Shown in pieces: positions 1 through 10,471 of a stretch of DNA of 64,000 bases. The translations under genes and the position numbers were made by a program. The DNA comes from Roseivirga sp. Its GTDB lineage: Bacteria > Bacteroidota > Bacteroidia > Cytophagales > Cyclobacteriaceae. Every line of letters starts with the position of its first letter. The first letter of the stretch is position 1. Location of the stretch: positions 74,643-138,642 of the forward strand of contig NZ_JAGDZM010000009.1 of assembly GCF_049099775.1 (NCBI RefSeq), read 5' to 3'. A model generated the notes under the pieces. It searched no databases. It worked only from the letters and a program-made list of their open reading frames with translations, and was not told where the DNA came from.

Positions 1-309
1 TTAAACGAACAAGAAACTCCAGCTGAAGATATTACTGAAGAAGTGGCTGAAGAAGATGATGAGCACCAAGTATTTTATGTAGCGACTGCTGGTTTAAACT
101 TTACTTTCGCATACACTGACCAGGACGGTGACGGCAACCCACTAGGTTTAGCAGGAACTGCAACTACTGGAGCGGCAAGTACTGGAAGTGTAACTGTTAG
201 CCTAATCCATGAGCCAACTAAAACAGGAGCCGGCGTTAGCGATGGTGACCCAACTAATGCTAATGGAGAAACTGACGTTGAAGTTACATTTACTACAACT
301 ATTCAGTAA
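1..309 (+). CDS. 5'-truncated conserved Bacteroidota (lipo)protein, 'type 1 periplasmic binding fold'-like
   Basis: Frame 1 open from window start (LNEQETPAEDITEEVAEEDDEHQVFY...); motifs DEHQVFY, DGNPLGL, LIHEP, GETDVEVTF recalled from this family. Confidence 0.6.
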   Translation, partial: LNEQETPAEDITEEVAEEDDEHQVFYVATAGLNFTFAYTDQDGDGNPLGLAGTATTGAASTGSVTVSLIHEPTKTGAGVSDGDPTNANGETDVEVTFTTTIQ

Positions 310-370
310 AAAAGGGCTTAGCCTTTTGAAGGAATCTTTCTCTTAGTAATTTCCGTATGTTAGCAATTGT

Positions 371-1000
371 ATGCTAACAGTTAGATCTTTTCGAAAGGCC
401 TTTGGCGAATACCTTATTCTCGATATTCCTGAATTATCATTTGCCCCCGGTATTCATTGGGTAAAAGGCAAAAACGGATCAGGAAAATCTACCTTATTTA
501 ATTGTCTTGCAGGACTATCTCCCTTTAATGGTGAGGTAGTCCTGAATGACATTAGCTTAAGTAAGTCTCCACAAGCTTTCAAAATCCTGCTAAACTACAG
601 CCAATCAGAACCAACCTTCCCAGAATTTCTTACCGGAAGCGAATTAATCGAATACTTCGCTAAGCTGAAGAAAGCAGCACCCCAACAAGTAAAAGCACTA
701 AAAGAAAACCTCGGTGTTGAAAGTTATGCCGACCAACCCTGTGGTACTTATTCAAGCGGGATGATGAAGAAGTTATCCTTAGTAATCGCTTTTCTTGGCA
801 ATCCTGACTGGATCATTCTTGATGAACCTTTGATTACTTTAGATAAAGAGGCGCAAGACTTAGTTGCGCAACTGATCTCAAAAGAATCGCAGACAGGTAC
901 TTCCTTTATTTTTGCTACACATCAAGACTTTGAAAATACTCGAATAAAAGCCGATCGGGTATATGAAGTATCAAACCGAACCATAAGCCTTTTAGCATGA
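371..1000 (+). CDS. ABC transporter ATP-binding protein
   Basis: Walker A GKNGSGKS, signature YSSGM, Walker B IILDEP, H-loop FATH. Confidence 0.9.
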   Translation: MLTVRSFRKAFGEYLILDIPELSFAPGIHWVKGKNGSGKSTLFNCLAGLSPFNGEVVLNDISLSKSPQAFKILLNYSQSEPTFPEFLTGSELIEYFAKLKKAAPQQVKALKENLGVESYADQPCGTYSSGMMKKLSLVIAFLGNPDWIILDEPLITLDKEAQDLVAQLISKESQTGTSFIFATHQDFENTRIKADRVYEVSNRTISLLA

Positions 1001-2091
1001 AGGTGATTCGGCAAGTTTTAACAAGAACTCTTGTGAAAGAGTTTTATAAAGAAAACGCTGGCTTTCTCTTATTGACAATGGGCCTTGTTTTTGGGTTCTT
1101 AAAAACACCAGAACACATTGCCATCGCCTCAGCCCTTGCGTTTAATCCTCTTTATTACTTAGTAGTACTTGTTCTCTGGGCATTTTATACATTTAAAACA
1201 TATCACTTTTGTTCCTCTGCTAAGCTATATGCTGATAACTGGTTTCTCACTGAGGTGGTATTAATAAGTCCACACAAGCGTCGATTAATCTCTATTTATC
1301 TGCAGGGCTTAATGCTTGCTCCTATTCTAGGTTATGGTTTGTTTCTTTTCTATCAAGCCATTCTCCTTGGTCAAATAAGTTCTGCAATAATGGTAGGGCT
1401 AGGAAACCTGGTGTTGTTGATATTTTCAGCTACCCTACTCGATAAAAAGCTCATAAAGCCCAATGATTCCTCTGCTTCAACTAATTTGAATAAGTGGTGG
1501 CGTTTTTTGCCGAAAGTTTATCCATTCTATTTCATACATCATCTTTTTCATCGCCACGGTTTCTCTCTATTATTAACAAAGATCTTTTCAATCAGTCTGA
1601 TTTTTGGTGCTACTGCCATTTTCCATGTTGAAGGTATAGATTTAAGGTATTTAGGCTTAGGTATGCTACTCACATCGGCAGCAAATTCAAGCTTTACATT
1701 GAAGCATAAACTATTTGATGCTAACGATCTGAAGCTATTCAGAAACCTTCCATTGTCGAACATAAACATCTATGGAAAAGACTCAATTACATACCTTATT
1801 TTAGCTATTCCTGAGATACTTGTTCTTTTAGGTAATAATATTTCATCAGTACCAATGATTGATTTATTGAGACTCGCATTACTATTACCCTGTGTTCTAC
1901 TACTTCATAAAAGTATTTCAATGCTACGAGGAAAGGACATGGAGCAATTCATGAAGTATGTTTTCTTTTCTACTGCTATCATATTCTTTGTAATCTTAGG
2001 ATATGCCGATTTATTCCTAATTGAAGCCGGAGCCATCTTAATAAGTAGTATAATCTACCTTAAGTTTAGGGCTAGTGCATTAGTTGAATAA
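997..2091 (+). CDS. Multi-pass membrane protein, probable ABC permease partner
   Basis: ATGA overlap with ABC ATPase; about 10 hydrophobic segments. Confidence 0.7.
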   Translation: MKVIRQVLTRTLVKEFYKENAGFLLLTMGLVFGFLKTPEHIAIASALAFNPLYYLVVLVLWAFYTFKTYHFCSSAKLYADNWFLTEVVLISPHKRRLISIYLQGLMLAPILGYGLFLFYQAILLGQISSAIMVGLGNLVLLIFSATLLDKKLIKPNDSSASTNLNKWWRFLPKVYPFYFIHHLFHRHGFSLLLTKIFSISLIFGATAIFHVEGIDLRYLGLGMLLTSAANSSFTLKHKLFDANDLKLFRNLPLSNINIYGKDSITYLILAIPEILVLLGNNISSVPMIDLLRLALLLPCVLLLHKSISMLRGKDMEQFMKYVFFSTAIIFFVILGYADLFLIEAGAILISSIIYLKFRASALVE

Positions 2092-2164
2092 TGTTGAAAA
2101 TTGCGATTTTAGAATAAGCGAAAACGTTGAATGATCTAAAGCGTAAGTCAATAAAAGAAGATTT

Positions 2165-2542
2165 ATGTCTACTAATAACCCGAAACTACTTTCTCATTTT
2201 TCACCTGTTTTCCCTGTTAAAAATGTATCAGAAACGCTACTATGGTACGAAGAGCAATTAGATTTTACTACCGATTTTAAATGGCAGAACCCACCGACTT
2301 ACGCGGTAATAAGTCGGGAAGAAATAAAAATTCACTTGACGGAAAAAGAAGATGACTTTGAACCCTCAAAAACACATACTGCGATCTACATTTTTGTACA
2401 CGATGTAGATCTTCTGTTTCAAGAATTCAAAGCTAAAGGCCTTGTGAAAGGTGAGTTAGAAAATGCAGAATATGGTATGCGTGATTTTGATTTAGTCGAT
2501 TTGAATGGCTTCAGGCTAACTTTCGGACAGTCAGTTTCATAA
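2165..2542 (+). CDS. VOC/glyoxalase/bleomycin-resistance family protein
   Basis: PVFPVKNV...WYEEQLDF, IYIFVHDVD, YGMRDFDLVDLNGFRLTFGQ. Confidence 0.85.
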   Translation: MSTNNPKLLSHFSPVFPVKNVSETLLWYEEQLDFTTDFKWQNPPTYAVISREEIKIHLTEKEDDFEPSKTHTAIYIFVHDVDLLFQEFKAKGLVKGELENAEYGMRDFDLVDLNGFRLTFGQSVS

Positions 2543-2544
2543 AT

Positions 2545-3441
2545 TTAAAATTTAAGTGTCAACTCCTTTTGTACCGCTGGAAGTGGTAAATCAAAGCCCA
2601 ATTCATTATTCAATCTATTGATAAAATAAGTCGATAATAATGGCGAAGCTTTTTCAAGATTTTGATGAACAAAAAAGTAAATAGCCTCAATTCCTCCAGT
2701 TTCTATCCAAAATTTAATACGTTCAAACCAGTCATCTAATCGTGAATAATCACTTTTATGATTAGCGCCCACAAAGCGAATAAAAGCCGAAGGTGTGGTT
2801 AACCTCATATGAAGTAAATCCCTCCTTCCCGCCGTATCTGTTATAATATTTATCACCTGATATTTTTCTAGCAGTGCGTAAAATCGATCTGATAACTTAG
2901 GGTCATTCAACCAGTCGGTATGTCTTACTTCTACAGCAAGGGGAATCCCCTTAGGAAAGTTCTCTAGAAATTTTTCAAGCCTCTCCCAGTTCTTAGGCGC
3001 AAAATTATCATGTAATTGAAGAAACACTACGCCCAGTTTTTCACCAAAACCAGCTAGGCTATGACAGAACTCCTCGGTGTATCTTCCAACATCGTCATTG
3101 AGCCTTTTCAAGTGACTAATCATGCGGTTCACTTTCGGAAAAAACTTAAAGTCATCAGGCGTTTTATCGCTCCAAACTTCAAATCGTTCTTTTCCATAGA
3201 AAGTGTAGAAAGTGGCATTTAACTCAATGCTGTTGAATTGGCGAGCATAATACGCTAACTCATCTTTGGTTCCACGTGGGTAAAATCCTTTTAAGGATTG
3301 CCTGCTCCACTTAGCGCAACCAACATAGATACTCGGTCTACTTTTAAAAGCTGAAGCACGAAGAATTCCGCGAGTATCTTGGTGATCAACAGGCAAGGCA
3401 AAATCTACTTTTGAAGGATCTGTAATGCTACCAAACTTCAT
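2545..3441 (-). CDS. DUF72 domain protein
   Basis: YVGCAKW, YARQFNSIELNATFY, FKFFPKV, AVEVRH, FIRFVG. Confidence 0.88.
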   Translation of the reverse strand: MKFGSITDPSKVDFALPVDHQDTRGILRASAFKSRPSIYVGCAKWSRQSLKGFYPRGTKDELAYYARQFNSIELNATFYTFYGKERFEVWSDKTPDDFKFFPKVNRMISHLKRLNDDVGRYTEEFCHSLAGFGEKLGVVFLQLHDNFAPKNWERLEKFLENFPKGIPLAVEVRHTDWLNDPKLSDRFYALLEKYQVINIITDTAGRRDLLHMRLTTPSAFIRFVGANHKSDYSRLDDWFERIKFWIETGGIEAIYFFVHQNLEKASPLLSTYFINRLNNELGFDLPLPAVQKELTLKF

Positions 3442-3482
3442 ATGATGGACAACCTCAGAAACAAGCTAAGTGTTTGTGTAAA

Positions 3483-3510
3483 ATAAAAAAGCCTCGACGT
3501 GTCGAGGCTT
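3483..3510 (-). terminator. Intrinsic terminator for a minus-strand transcript
   Basis: Stem AAGCCTCGA/TCGAGGCTT; A-run on + strand gives U-tract on - strand. Confidence 0.8.
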
Positions 3511-3514
3511 GCAA

Positions 3515-3616
3515 GCAAAGAGTTAGGTTTCATCCTTTTTAATGATCGTACTTAGGATGAGTCAGTACGACCAGTTTTCATTAAATTCGCATCAAATCTA
3601 AAAAGCAGAACTACTT
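3515..3616 (-). ncRNA. Structured ncRNA resembling the 6S-Flavo RNA motif
   Basis: Minus strand ...TTAATGAAAACTGGTCGTACT-gactcatccta-AGTACGATCATTAAAAAGGATGAAACCTAACTC: apical stem, internal bubble, closing stem, then the terminator above; family assignment from recall of the motif, boundaries approximate. Confidence 0.6.
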
Positions 3617-3652
3617 AAAAAAATTATTTTCAAGAATTCTTGAAAAAATAAC

Positions 3653-4393
3653 GTGATAGGCAAGCTCATTCAATATATCTATACAGGCTGGTGCGGCATA
3701 ATGTTCGTTATTCCCATGGTCATTTTTAGTCCTTTCATGGTAATCCCACTTTTGATTTCCAGAAAACTGGAAGGCATTACCTTCTTTTTTATCAGGTGTT
3801 GGGTTTACATGTTTAGCCTTACTACAGGAATTTGGTTTGTAGGGCACAACAAAAAATCAGTTGACACTAAAAAATCATTCATCTTCCTTATTAATCATAC
3901 CTCTTTTTTAGATGCCTGTGCTATTCCAGTCGCCATACCATCGAGTTTAGTGGGGCTTGGCAAAAAAGAGCTTTCTAAAATTCCTGTTTTTGGCTGGGTT
4001 ACCAGCAGATTTGCAGTGTGGGTAGATAGATCCAGTCCAGAAAGTCGGAAAGAAGGAATTACAAGAATGAAAGAACTATTAAGTGGAGGCACTTCTGTAT
4101 TGGTGGCACCAGAAGGCACAAGAAACAATACCGAAGAAACGCTTTTACCATTTAGGCATGGTCCGTTCCGATTGGCAATAGAATCCAACATCAATATTAT
4201 TCCCGTAGTGATACATCGCGCTTCAAAACTGATGAAACGAGGAAGCCTTCTTTTAAAACCGGGTGTAGTTCACTCATACGTCTTACCAGAAGTTTCTGTT
4301 GAAGGAATGACAGAGAGTGATGTTGAACGCCTAGCAGGCGATGTTTTTAAAATGATGAAAGATAAGATTGTTGCCCTAGACGAAAGCGTCTAA
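3653..4393 (+). CDS. plsC: 1-acyl-sn-glycerol-3-phosphate acyltransferase (PlsC family)
   Basis: NHTSFLD (HX4D), VDRS, APEGTRN, PFRHGPF. Confidence 0.85.
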   Translation: MIGKLIQYIYTGWCGIMFVIPMVIFSPFMVIPLLISRKLEGITFFFIRCWVYMFSLTTGIWFVGHNKKSVDTKKSFIFLINHTSFLDACAIPVAIPSSLVGLGKKELSKIPVFGWVTSRFAVWVDRSSPESRKEGITRMKELLSGGTSVLVAPEGTRNNTEETLLPFRHGPFRLAIESNINIIPVVIHRASKLMKRGSLLLKPGVVHSYVLPEVSVEGMTESDVERLAGDVFKMMKDKIVALDESV

Positions 4394-4447
4394 TTTTGTT
4401 TGGCATCATTTTTTCAATAACAGAATTACAACCAAACGATAAAGCTT

Positions 4448-5596
4448 ATGAACACGCTCTACAAAAACATATTATTAGGTGCATTGGCCTTTTGCGTAGC
4501 AGCATGTGCAACAGGTAAAAATGCTTTTGATAAAGGCGATTACAATACTGCACTCGATCGAGCAGTCAAAAGACTACAATCCAACCCAAATAATAAAAAA
4601 GCACAAGATGTGCTAATGGATGGTTATAGCGTAGCCTCAGATTTCCGTCTAAAAAGAATACAACAGTTTAAGAGAAGTCAAAACGATTTTAAATGGGAAT
4701 CTATTTATCGTGAATATGCTCAATTGAATAACTATTACAGAGATATTCAAAGGTGTCCTTCTTGTATGAGTTTAGTATCTCCAAAAGAATACTTGATAGA
4801 ACAAGAGGAAGCAGCATCGAAAGCCGCCACAGTACAAGTAGATATTGGTAAGGAGAGTTTAAGCCTTAATACTATTGAAACTGCCAGACAAGCTTATAGC
4901 CATTTCGAGATGGCACTTCGCTTCAATAATGATATTCCAGGTATTGATTCATTGCTAACACAGGCCCGATTAATTGGTACTGTCCGTGTCTTAATTGAAC
5001 CTATTCCTATTCATTCTAGAAGTTTAAAATTGACGAATGAGTATTTAGAAAATAAGATGTTCGAATACTTAGATGCTTACAGCAGAGATAGATTTGTTCA
5101 GTTCTTTAATGCACAAGAATCTGAAGAAAGAGGTGTTGAGCCTGATCATATTTTAAGCTTAGAATTCGATGATTTTGTTTTAGGACAAGCAAAAATCGTT
5201 TCGAAAACCGTAGAAATAAAGCGGGATAGCGTGATTGTAGGACAGTATACTGATGATAACGGAAAAAAATTCGATGTCTACAATACGGTTAAAGCTGATT
5301 TTACATCAAATGAAAAGTCACTTTTCTCGGCAGGCGTTTTGAATTTTGAAATTCGAGATGCCTATACCAACAAAGTGCTCACGCAACGAAAACTAAGAAG
5401 TGAGGATGTTTGGAAACATAGCTGGGCATCTTTCAATGGCGATTCTCGCGCTTTGGATAAAGACGAAATTAGAATGTCGAAACGTAAAGAATTACCTCCG
5501 CCAGATCCTCAAACGCTCTTTATTAGCTTTATAGACCGTGTTTATGGCCAAGTAGAAGGCAACATCCGACAGTTCTATCGTAATACAGAATTATAA
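4448..5596 (+). CDS. Hypothetical lipoprotein
   Basis: Lipobox-like VAAC after a hydrophobic signal; helical N-terminal half. Confidence 0.7.
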   Translation: MNTLYKNILLGALAFCVAACATGKNAFDKGDYNTALDRAVKRLQSNPNNKKAQDVLMDGYSVASDFRLKRIQQFKRSQNDFKWESIYREYAQLNNYYRDIQRCPSCMSLVSPKEYLIEQEEAASKAATVQVDIGKESLSLNTIETARQAYSHFEMALRFNNDIPGIDSLLTQARLIGTVRVLIEPIPIHSRSLKLTNEYLENKMFEYLDAYSRDRFVQFFNAQESEERGVEPDHILSLEFDDFVLGQAKIVSKTVEIKRDSVIVGQYTDDNGKKFDVYNTVKADFTSNEKSLFSAGVLNFEIRDAYTNKVLTQRKLRSEDVWKHSWASFNGDSRALDKDEIRMSKRKELPPPDPQTLFISFIDRVYGQVEGNIRQFYRNTEL

Positions 5597-5600
5597 TTCT

Positions 5601-5645
5601 AAACCCTGAAGTAATTTGGCCAAAGGCAAGACTACTTCAGGGTTT
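5601..5645 (+). terminator. Long hairpin / probable terminator
   Basis: 13-bp inverted repeat AAACCCTGAAGTA/TACTTCAGGGTTT right after the stop codon. Confidence 0.65.
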
Positions 5646-5697
5646 CTCTATTCACTGACCTCTTAGATTTTACTATCTTACTTAAAATCGTTGGCCA

Positions 5698-6693
5698 ATG
5701 AAACAGCAATTCCTCGCACTTTCCATTATCCTTATCCTTACTAGCTCATGTTTATCTTCTGATAATAAAACTCCTGTAGAGCTCCCCGAAGATCCAAAAG
5801 CAACATGGCAGATAGTTCAAAATATTGATGTGAATGAAATCAATAATGACCTTGTTGACGGTAAAATGACCATTGATGTCGGCATCTATTTTCCATCGAA
5901 CTTTGATTCAAACTTTGAGAAAGTCACGCTCGATAAAATGATGACGAGCTTTTTAGCAGCTAAAGAAATTTATGCCCCCACTGATGTTCAATTAAAACTA
6001 CTTTGGGTAAAAACCGGAGAAGTAAACCCAAAATACTTTTCCATCGAATCTAACAAAGTACCTACTGTACCCAGAACAGAATATGCCAATATGTATGTAC
6101 ATAGCAAAAGACACCCTTCTATCCCAACTGAAAGAACTTTGAATGCTTTTGATCACATCATAGAACCAGATGAAAGTAATTCAAGAACCATCTATTTAGT
6201 CGTACTTCAAGAAGTATTCTATCCGTTTTTAGCTGTTTCGGAGGGGAGAAATTGGATGACTAAGGCCGTAAGAACGGGAGGTATGTCATTTCCCACATAC
6301 TCCTTTGTGAACACTCTTCCTGAGCGATTCCGAGGGGTAATGACTATAACTAACCTGAGCCGAACAGATCGTTTGAGAAGTACTATTGCTCATGAAATAG
6401 GGCACAAAGCCATGAATGTAAGCCATGAATACATGGATACGGACCCCGAAAATGAAATCTTTGCAGAAGGTGGGCTTATGCTTTATGGAGCTGGGGAGGA
6501 AATACCCTCTGGTGAGGCAGGACGCTGGCATTTAGAACGTTTACACCTATCTCCTTTTATTTATCGCTTAAACAGTGAAGGTGTAAAAATATGGAATGAG
6601 GATTACCTTGAAGGAGGGCACTATTACGACCCTATTTATGGCGATAAAGTAAGGCACTTCAATAGCAAACCACCTATTAAAGAAGACTGGTGA
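5698..6693 (+). CDS. Lipoprotein, putative zinc metallopeptidase
   Basis: Lipobox LTSSC; AHEIGHKAMNVSH zinc motif; GGLM Met-turn-like. Confidence 0.65.
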   Translation: MKQQFLALSIILILTSSCLSSDNKTPVELPEDPKATWQIVQNIDVNEINNDLVDGKMTIDVGIYFPSNFDSNFEKVTLDKMMTSFLAAKEIYAPTDVQLKLLWVKTGEVNPKYFSIESNKVPTVPRTEYANMYVHSKRHPSIPTERTLNAFDHIIEPDESNSRTIYLVVLQEVFYPFLAVSEGRNWMTKAVRTGGMSFPTYSFVNTLPERFRGVMTITNLSRTDRLRSTIAHEIGHKAMNVSHEYMDTDPENEIFAEGGLMLYGAGEEIPSGEAGRWHLERLHLSPFIYRLNSEGVKIWNEDYLEGGHYYDPIYGDKVRHFNSKPPIKEDW

Positions 6694-6737
6694 ATTAACA
6701 AAATGCTAGAAGAGATGTTATGATATAAAACTAGACC

Positions 6738-7502
6738 ATGACTACTCCTCGCACTAAATTCTGGGCTGTAGCAAACGCAATAATTTTAGCGCTTGTTGTT
6801 TATTGGAATTACTATGCCAATGCTCAAGGCATCAATGACAATTCTGTCGGATCGCTTAGCAATCGCTACGATAATTATTTCACCCCTTCCAGTTATGCCT
6901 TTTCCATATGGGGCCTTATATACATTGCCTTAACAATCAATGCAGTTTACCTTATCCGATCAGCTTTTAGCACACAAGACAACTCTTTTATTGCAAAATT
7001 AGGGCCAGCACTTATACTAGCTAACATAGGAAATGCCGCGTGGATATGGCTTTGGTTGACAGAAAGAACTGGAGAAAGCGTAATCGTAATGGCTGCTATT
7101 TTAATAGCACTCATAGGAGCCGTCGTAAGACTAAAGATCGGCACATCAAAAACTACCCTTCCCATAAAAAGATGGGTTTGGTGGCCCACTTCCCTTTATG
7201 CTGGCTGGATTACAGTAGCAATTGTAGCCAATATATCAGCCTATCTGGCCAAAATCGATTGGCAAATTGGTTTAGGTGAAATCAATTGGGCGATTACCAT
7301 GATCGTTATTGCCACGATAGTCTACACCTTAGTTTTGCAAAAGAGAGGTATGCTTACATTTGCCCTAGTCGGCGCTTGGGCCATTCTCGCTATTTCCATG
7401 AAACAATGGGGAGTACAACCTACCATTCAATGGGTTGCACTTACCTGCGCTGTGCTTTTGGTCTTTCAGGTACTTTTGAAGAAAATTTCTTCTGCAAGGT
7501 AG
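6738..7502 (+). CDS. Tryptophan-rich sensory protein (TspO/MBR-like membrane protein)
   Basis: FTPSSYAFSIWGLIY, NAAWIWLW, SLYAGWITVA; about 8 TM segments. Confidence 0.75.
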   Translation: MTTPRTKFWAVANAIILALVVYWNYYANAQGINDNSVGSLSNRYDNYFTPSSYAFSIWGLIYIALTINAVYLIRSAFSTQDNSFIAKLGPALILANIGNAAWIWLWLTERTGESVIVMAAILIALIGAVVRLKIGTSKTTLPIKRWVWWPTSLYAGWITVAIVANISAYLAKIDWQIGLGEINWAITMIVIATIVYTLVLQKRGMLTFALVGAWAILAISMKQWGVQPTIQWVALTCAVLLVFQVLLKKISSAR

Positions 7503-7588
7503 CTTTTGGTTTGTAACTTTAACCTGAAAAAGCGTTAGGAATACACGGATAACTCACTTGTGTATCCTTACCCTGTAAACAAGTTTTA

Positions 7589-10387
7589 ATGAAGGCCAAA
7601 GTTAGAATCTCCATCATTGGTGCTGTACTCATCATCAGCGCGTTTTTCCTTATTTTTTCGAACAAAACTGTCGACAAGAGAGAGGCTTATGAAGCCTTTC
7701 TGAAAGCGGAGTATGCCAAATTTAATACCAGTCATCCCGCTTCTGAAGATGAATCCGAAAGACCGGATCAACCCGACCACGCCTATTTCCTAAACCATCT
7801 TCAAACGCTAGACCCAGCGATTGGTCACGTTCCTTTAGATGGTTTAAATGAAGCCTCAGAAGAAGTGCTTTCTATGAGAAACAGTGCCAATTTGGCCATG
7901 AGCGTGGCAGAAACAAATTCAGATTTAGAATGGAATAACGTACCCGCTGATATTGCCGGGCGTGTAAGAGGAATTGTGATTGATCCTGAAAGACCAACGA
8001 TAGACGACAGAGAAACGACAAGACTATGGGCAGGTTCGGTTACTGGTGGTTTATGGGTAAATGATGATGCAGGTAACCCAGAATCTTCATGGACGCCAGT
8101 TGATGGTTTGAGAGATAACTTAGGGGTTAGCGTTATACGATTCGATCCTGAAAATGACGACGCTATCTACGTAGGAACGGGTGAATCTTATACAGCAGTA
8201 AATATCTACAGGGAATCCTCTTCCGTAGGCAATGGAATTTGGCGATCTACCGATCATGGTGACAGTTGGGAGCAGCTTCAATCAACAACAGATTTTCAAT
8301 ACATTAATGACATTGAAATTCGCATGGAAGGGGAAACGAAAGTTATTTATGTGGCCGTGGTTTCAGGAATTTACAAAGGAGCAACATTCGATTCGACTCC
8401 TTCTGACGGACTTTTCAGATCAGTAGATAATGGGGAAACATGGACGCAAGTTTTACCAAACATACCAAATACAGATTCGCCTTATTCGCCTTCTGATATT
8501 GAAGTAGACGGCATTGGAAGAATGTTTGTTGGTACCATGAGAAACAATGATTTACTAGGTGCTGGAGTAATTCTTTATTCTGACGATGGTTTAGAATGGA
8601 CAGTATTTGATGAAATTACCGAAGCCACTTTCGATCCAGCTAACCAATATTATCCGGGTAGAGTTATTATAAAATCGGCACCCTCTGATCCTAACAGAGT
8701 ATATGCAATTATTAGTGGTGGGTTAACAGAGGCAAAAACTGGTTGGATAAGAGATGCTGGCAGTAACTCTATTATTATACAATCTTTCGATCAAGGCGAT
8801 AGTTGGACACAGTTTGCTTTACCTGATCCATCACTCGGCACTTGGTCAAATATTACTTGGCATGCCGCTACTATTGCCATAAACCCAACAAACCCTAATG
8901 ACATTATCATAGGCGCTTTAAATGGTTTCAAACTTGAAAATGCAGATGCCGCTTCAATCGTCAGTGGATTGAATTGGACACCTACTAGTTTTTGGAATCC
9001 GCCAAGCGGCTCTAAATATGTTCACGCCGATCAGCACGACATAATTTATGACCCTGAGCGACCTGATACTCTTTATGTTTCCACCGATGGTGGTGTTTTT
9101 ATGGGTACAAATGCTCAGGGAGATGCGCCGGTTTTTAGCGAAATCAATAAAGGCTTTAACACCCTTCAATACTATACGCTTGACATTTCGAATCAACGAG
9201 GAGAAGAATTTTTAATGGCGGGTACGCAAGACAATAATACGACTCAGCTATCTAACAGCGTTGTTAGTTTTTTTCCAGGAGCTGGCGGCGACGGGGCGTA
9301 TACTTTTATTGATAAAAATCAACCTGACTTGGTTATTCATTCCTCGCAATACAATCGTTTCAATATAGTTTATGATCGAAATGTACCTTCGAATACAACA
9401 ACAATTGCCAACAGGAGCACAGGGCTATTTATTAATCCCGCAGACTATGACTCTGACAACAACTTATTGTATGCCAACAGAATAGGAATAGACATTAACA
9501 ATAACGAAAACAACACAACGCCACTTTTGAGAGTTCGCGTGGGTAATCAGAGCATTACTGAAACGATCCTTGATCTTGGCGTGGAAATCAACTCTCCTAT
9601 TTCTACCATTAAAGTTTCGCCTTACTCTACCGCGACGAGTTCAAATTTGTTCTTTGGAACACAATCAGGCCGACTTTACCGAACACTGAATGGCGGCCAA
9701 AGTCCATTAACTAGAGAACGGACTGGAACAGAATTCCCTACTTCAAGTATTTCAAGTATTGACGTGGGCCGCTCCGAATCAGAACTATTGGTGACATTTT
9801 CTAACTATGGCGTCAATTCTGTATGGTACTCAAACGATGCCGGGGATACTTGGGAGTCAATCGAAGGCAACTTACCCGATATGCCTGTTAGACAAGGCCT
9901 TTTTAACCCACTAAACAGAGACCAAATTTACTTAGCCACAGAATTAGGCATTTGGTTTTTAGACAGAACTGAGGGTGATGGTTTGACTTGGAGACAAGAA
10001 CAAGTTGGTATTGGCGATATTCGAGTTGACATGATTAAAATTCGTAAAAGCGATGGTTGGTTTGTAGCCGCTACGCACGGAAGAGGCATCTACGAAAGTC
10101 AAATCAATGTAGATGATTTTATTACTTCCACTCCAGAATTGCCGGAGTTAGCGGTAGAAGCTTTTCCTAACCCAGCTACAGAAATTCTTAGGGTAAGATT
10201 GAATGAAAATTGGCAAGGAGAAACCAATATCACCCTAACCGATCTTCAAGGAAGAGACTTTGTGCAACAACAATTCTCTTCATCTGACCTAACGGTGAAT
10301 GTATCTACTTTACCGCGAGGTATCTATTTACTTCGTGTATGGTCGGATAAGTTCAGAAGTAAAACCAAACGAATCTTGCTTCAATAG
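7589..10387 (+). CDS. T9SS-secreted BNR/Vps10-like beta-propeller protein
   Basis: Repeated SxDxGxTW Asp-boxes (STDHGDSW, SVDNGETW, SFDQGDSW, SNDAGDTW), HADQH, ATHGRG; C-terminal type A CTD (FPNPA...LPRGIYLLRV). Confidence 0.85.
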   Translation: MKAKVRISIIGAVLIISAFFLIFSNKTVDKREAYEAFLKAEYAKFNTSHPASEDESERPDQPDHAYFLNHLQTLDPAIGHVPLDGLNEASEEVLSMRNSANLAMSVAETNSDLEWNNVPADIAGRVRGIVIDPERPTIDDRETTRLWAGSVTGGLWVNDDAGNPESSWTPVDGLRDNLGVSVIRFDPENDDAIYVGTGESYTAVNIYRESSSVGNGIWRSTDHGDSWEQLQSTTDFQYINDIEIRMEGETKVIYVAVVSGIYKGATFDSTPSDGLFRSVDNGETWTQVLPNIPNTDSPYSPSDIEVDGIGRMFVGTMRNNDLLGAGVILYSDDGLEWTVFDEITEATFDPANQYYPGRVIIKSAPSDPNRVYAIISGGLTEAKTGWIRDAGSNSIIIQSFDQGDSWTQFALPDPSLGTWSNITWHAATIAINPTNPNDIIIGALNGFKLENADAASIVSGLNWTPTSFWNPPSGSKYVHADQHDIIYDPERPDTLYVSTDGGVFMGTNAQGDAPVFSEINKGFNTLQYYTLDISNQRGEEFLMAGTQDNNTTQLSNSVVSFFPGAGGDGAYTFIDKNQPDLVIHSSQYNRFNIVYDRNVPSNTTTIANRSTGLFINPADYDSDNNLLYANRIGIDINNNENNTTPLLRVRVGNQSITETILDLGVEINSPISTIKVSPYSTATSSNLFFGTQSGRLYRTLNGGQSPLTRERTGTEFPTSSISSIDVGRSESELLVTFSNYGVNSVWYSNDAGDTWESIEGNLPDMPVRQGLFNPLNRDQIYLATELGIWFLDRTEGDGLTWRQEQVGIGDIRVDMIKIRKSDGWFVAATHGRGIYESQINVDDFITSTPELPELAVEAFPNPATEILRVRLNENWQGETNITLTDLQGRDFVQQQFSSSDLTVNVSTLPRGIYLLRVWSDKFRSKTKRILLQ

Positions 10388-10471
10388 GCTTTGAACAGCC
10401 ATTTGAAAAAATATTTCCGCTCCGTGTAAGTTTCTCTTTCCCTTTAGCAACCTATAGGGAAAGAGAACATT

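Noticed and set aside
7589-10387. Internal repeats in the large secreted protein as a repeat array or CRISPR
   Set aside because: These are protein-level Asp-box repeats with no DNA-level direct repeats; no CRISPR array or cas gene anywhere in the window
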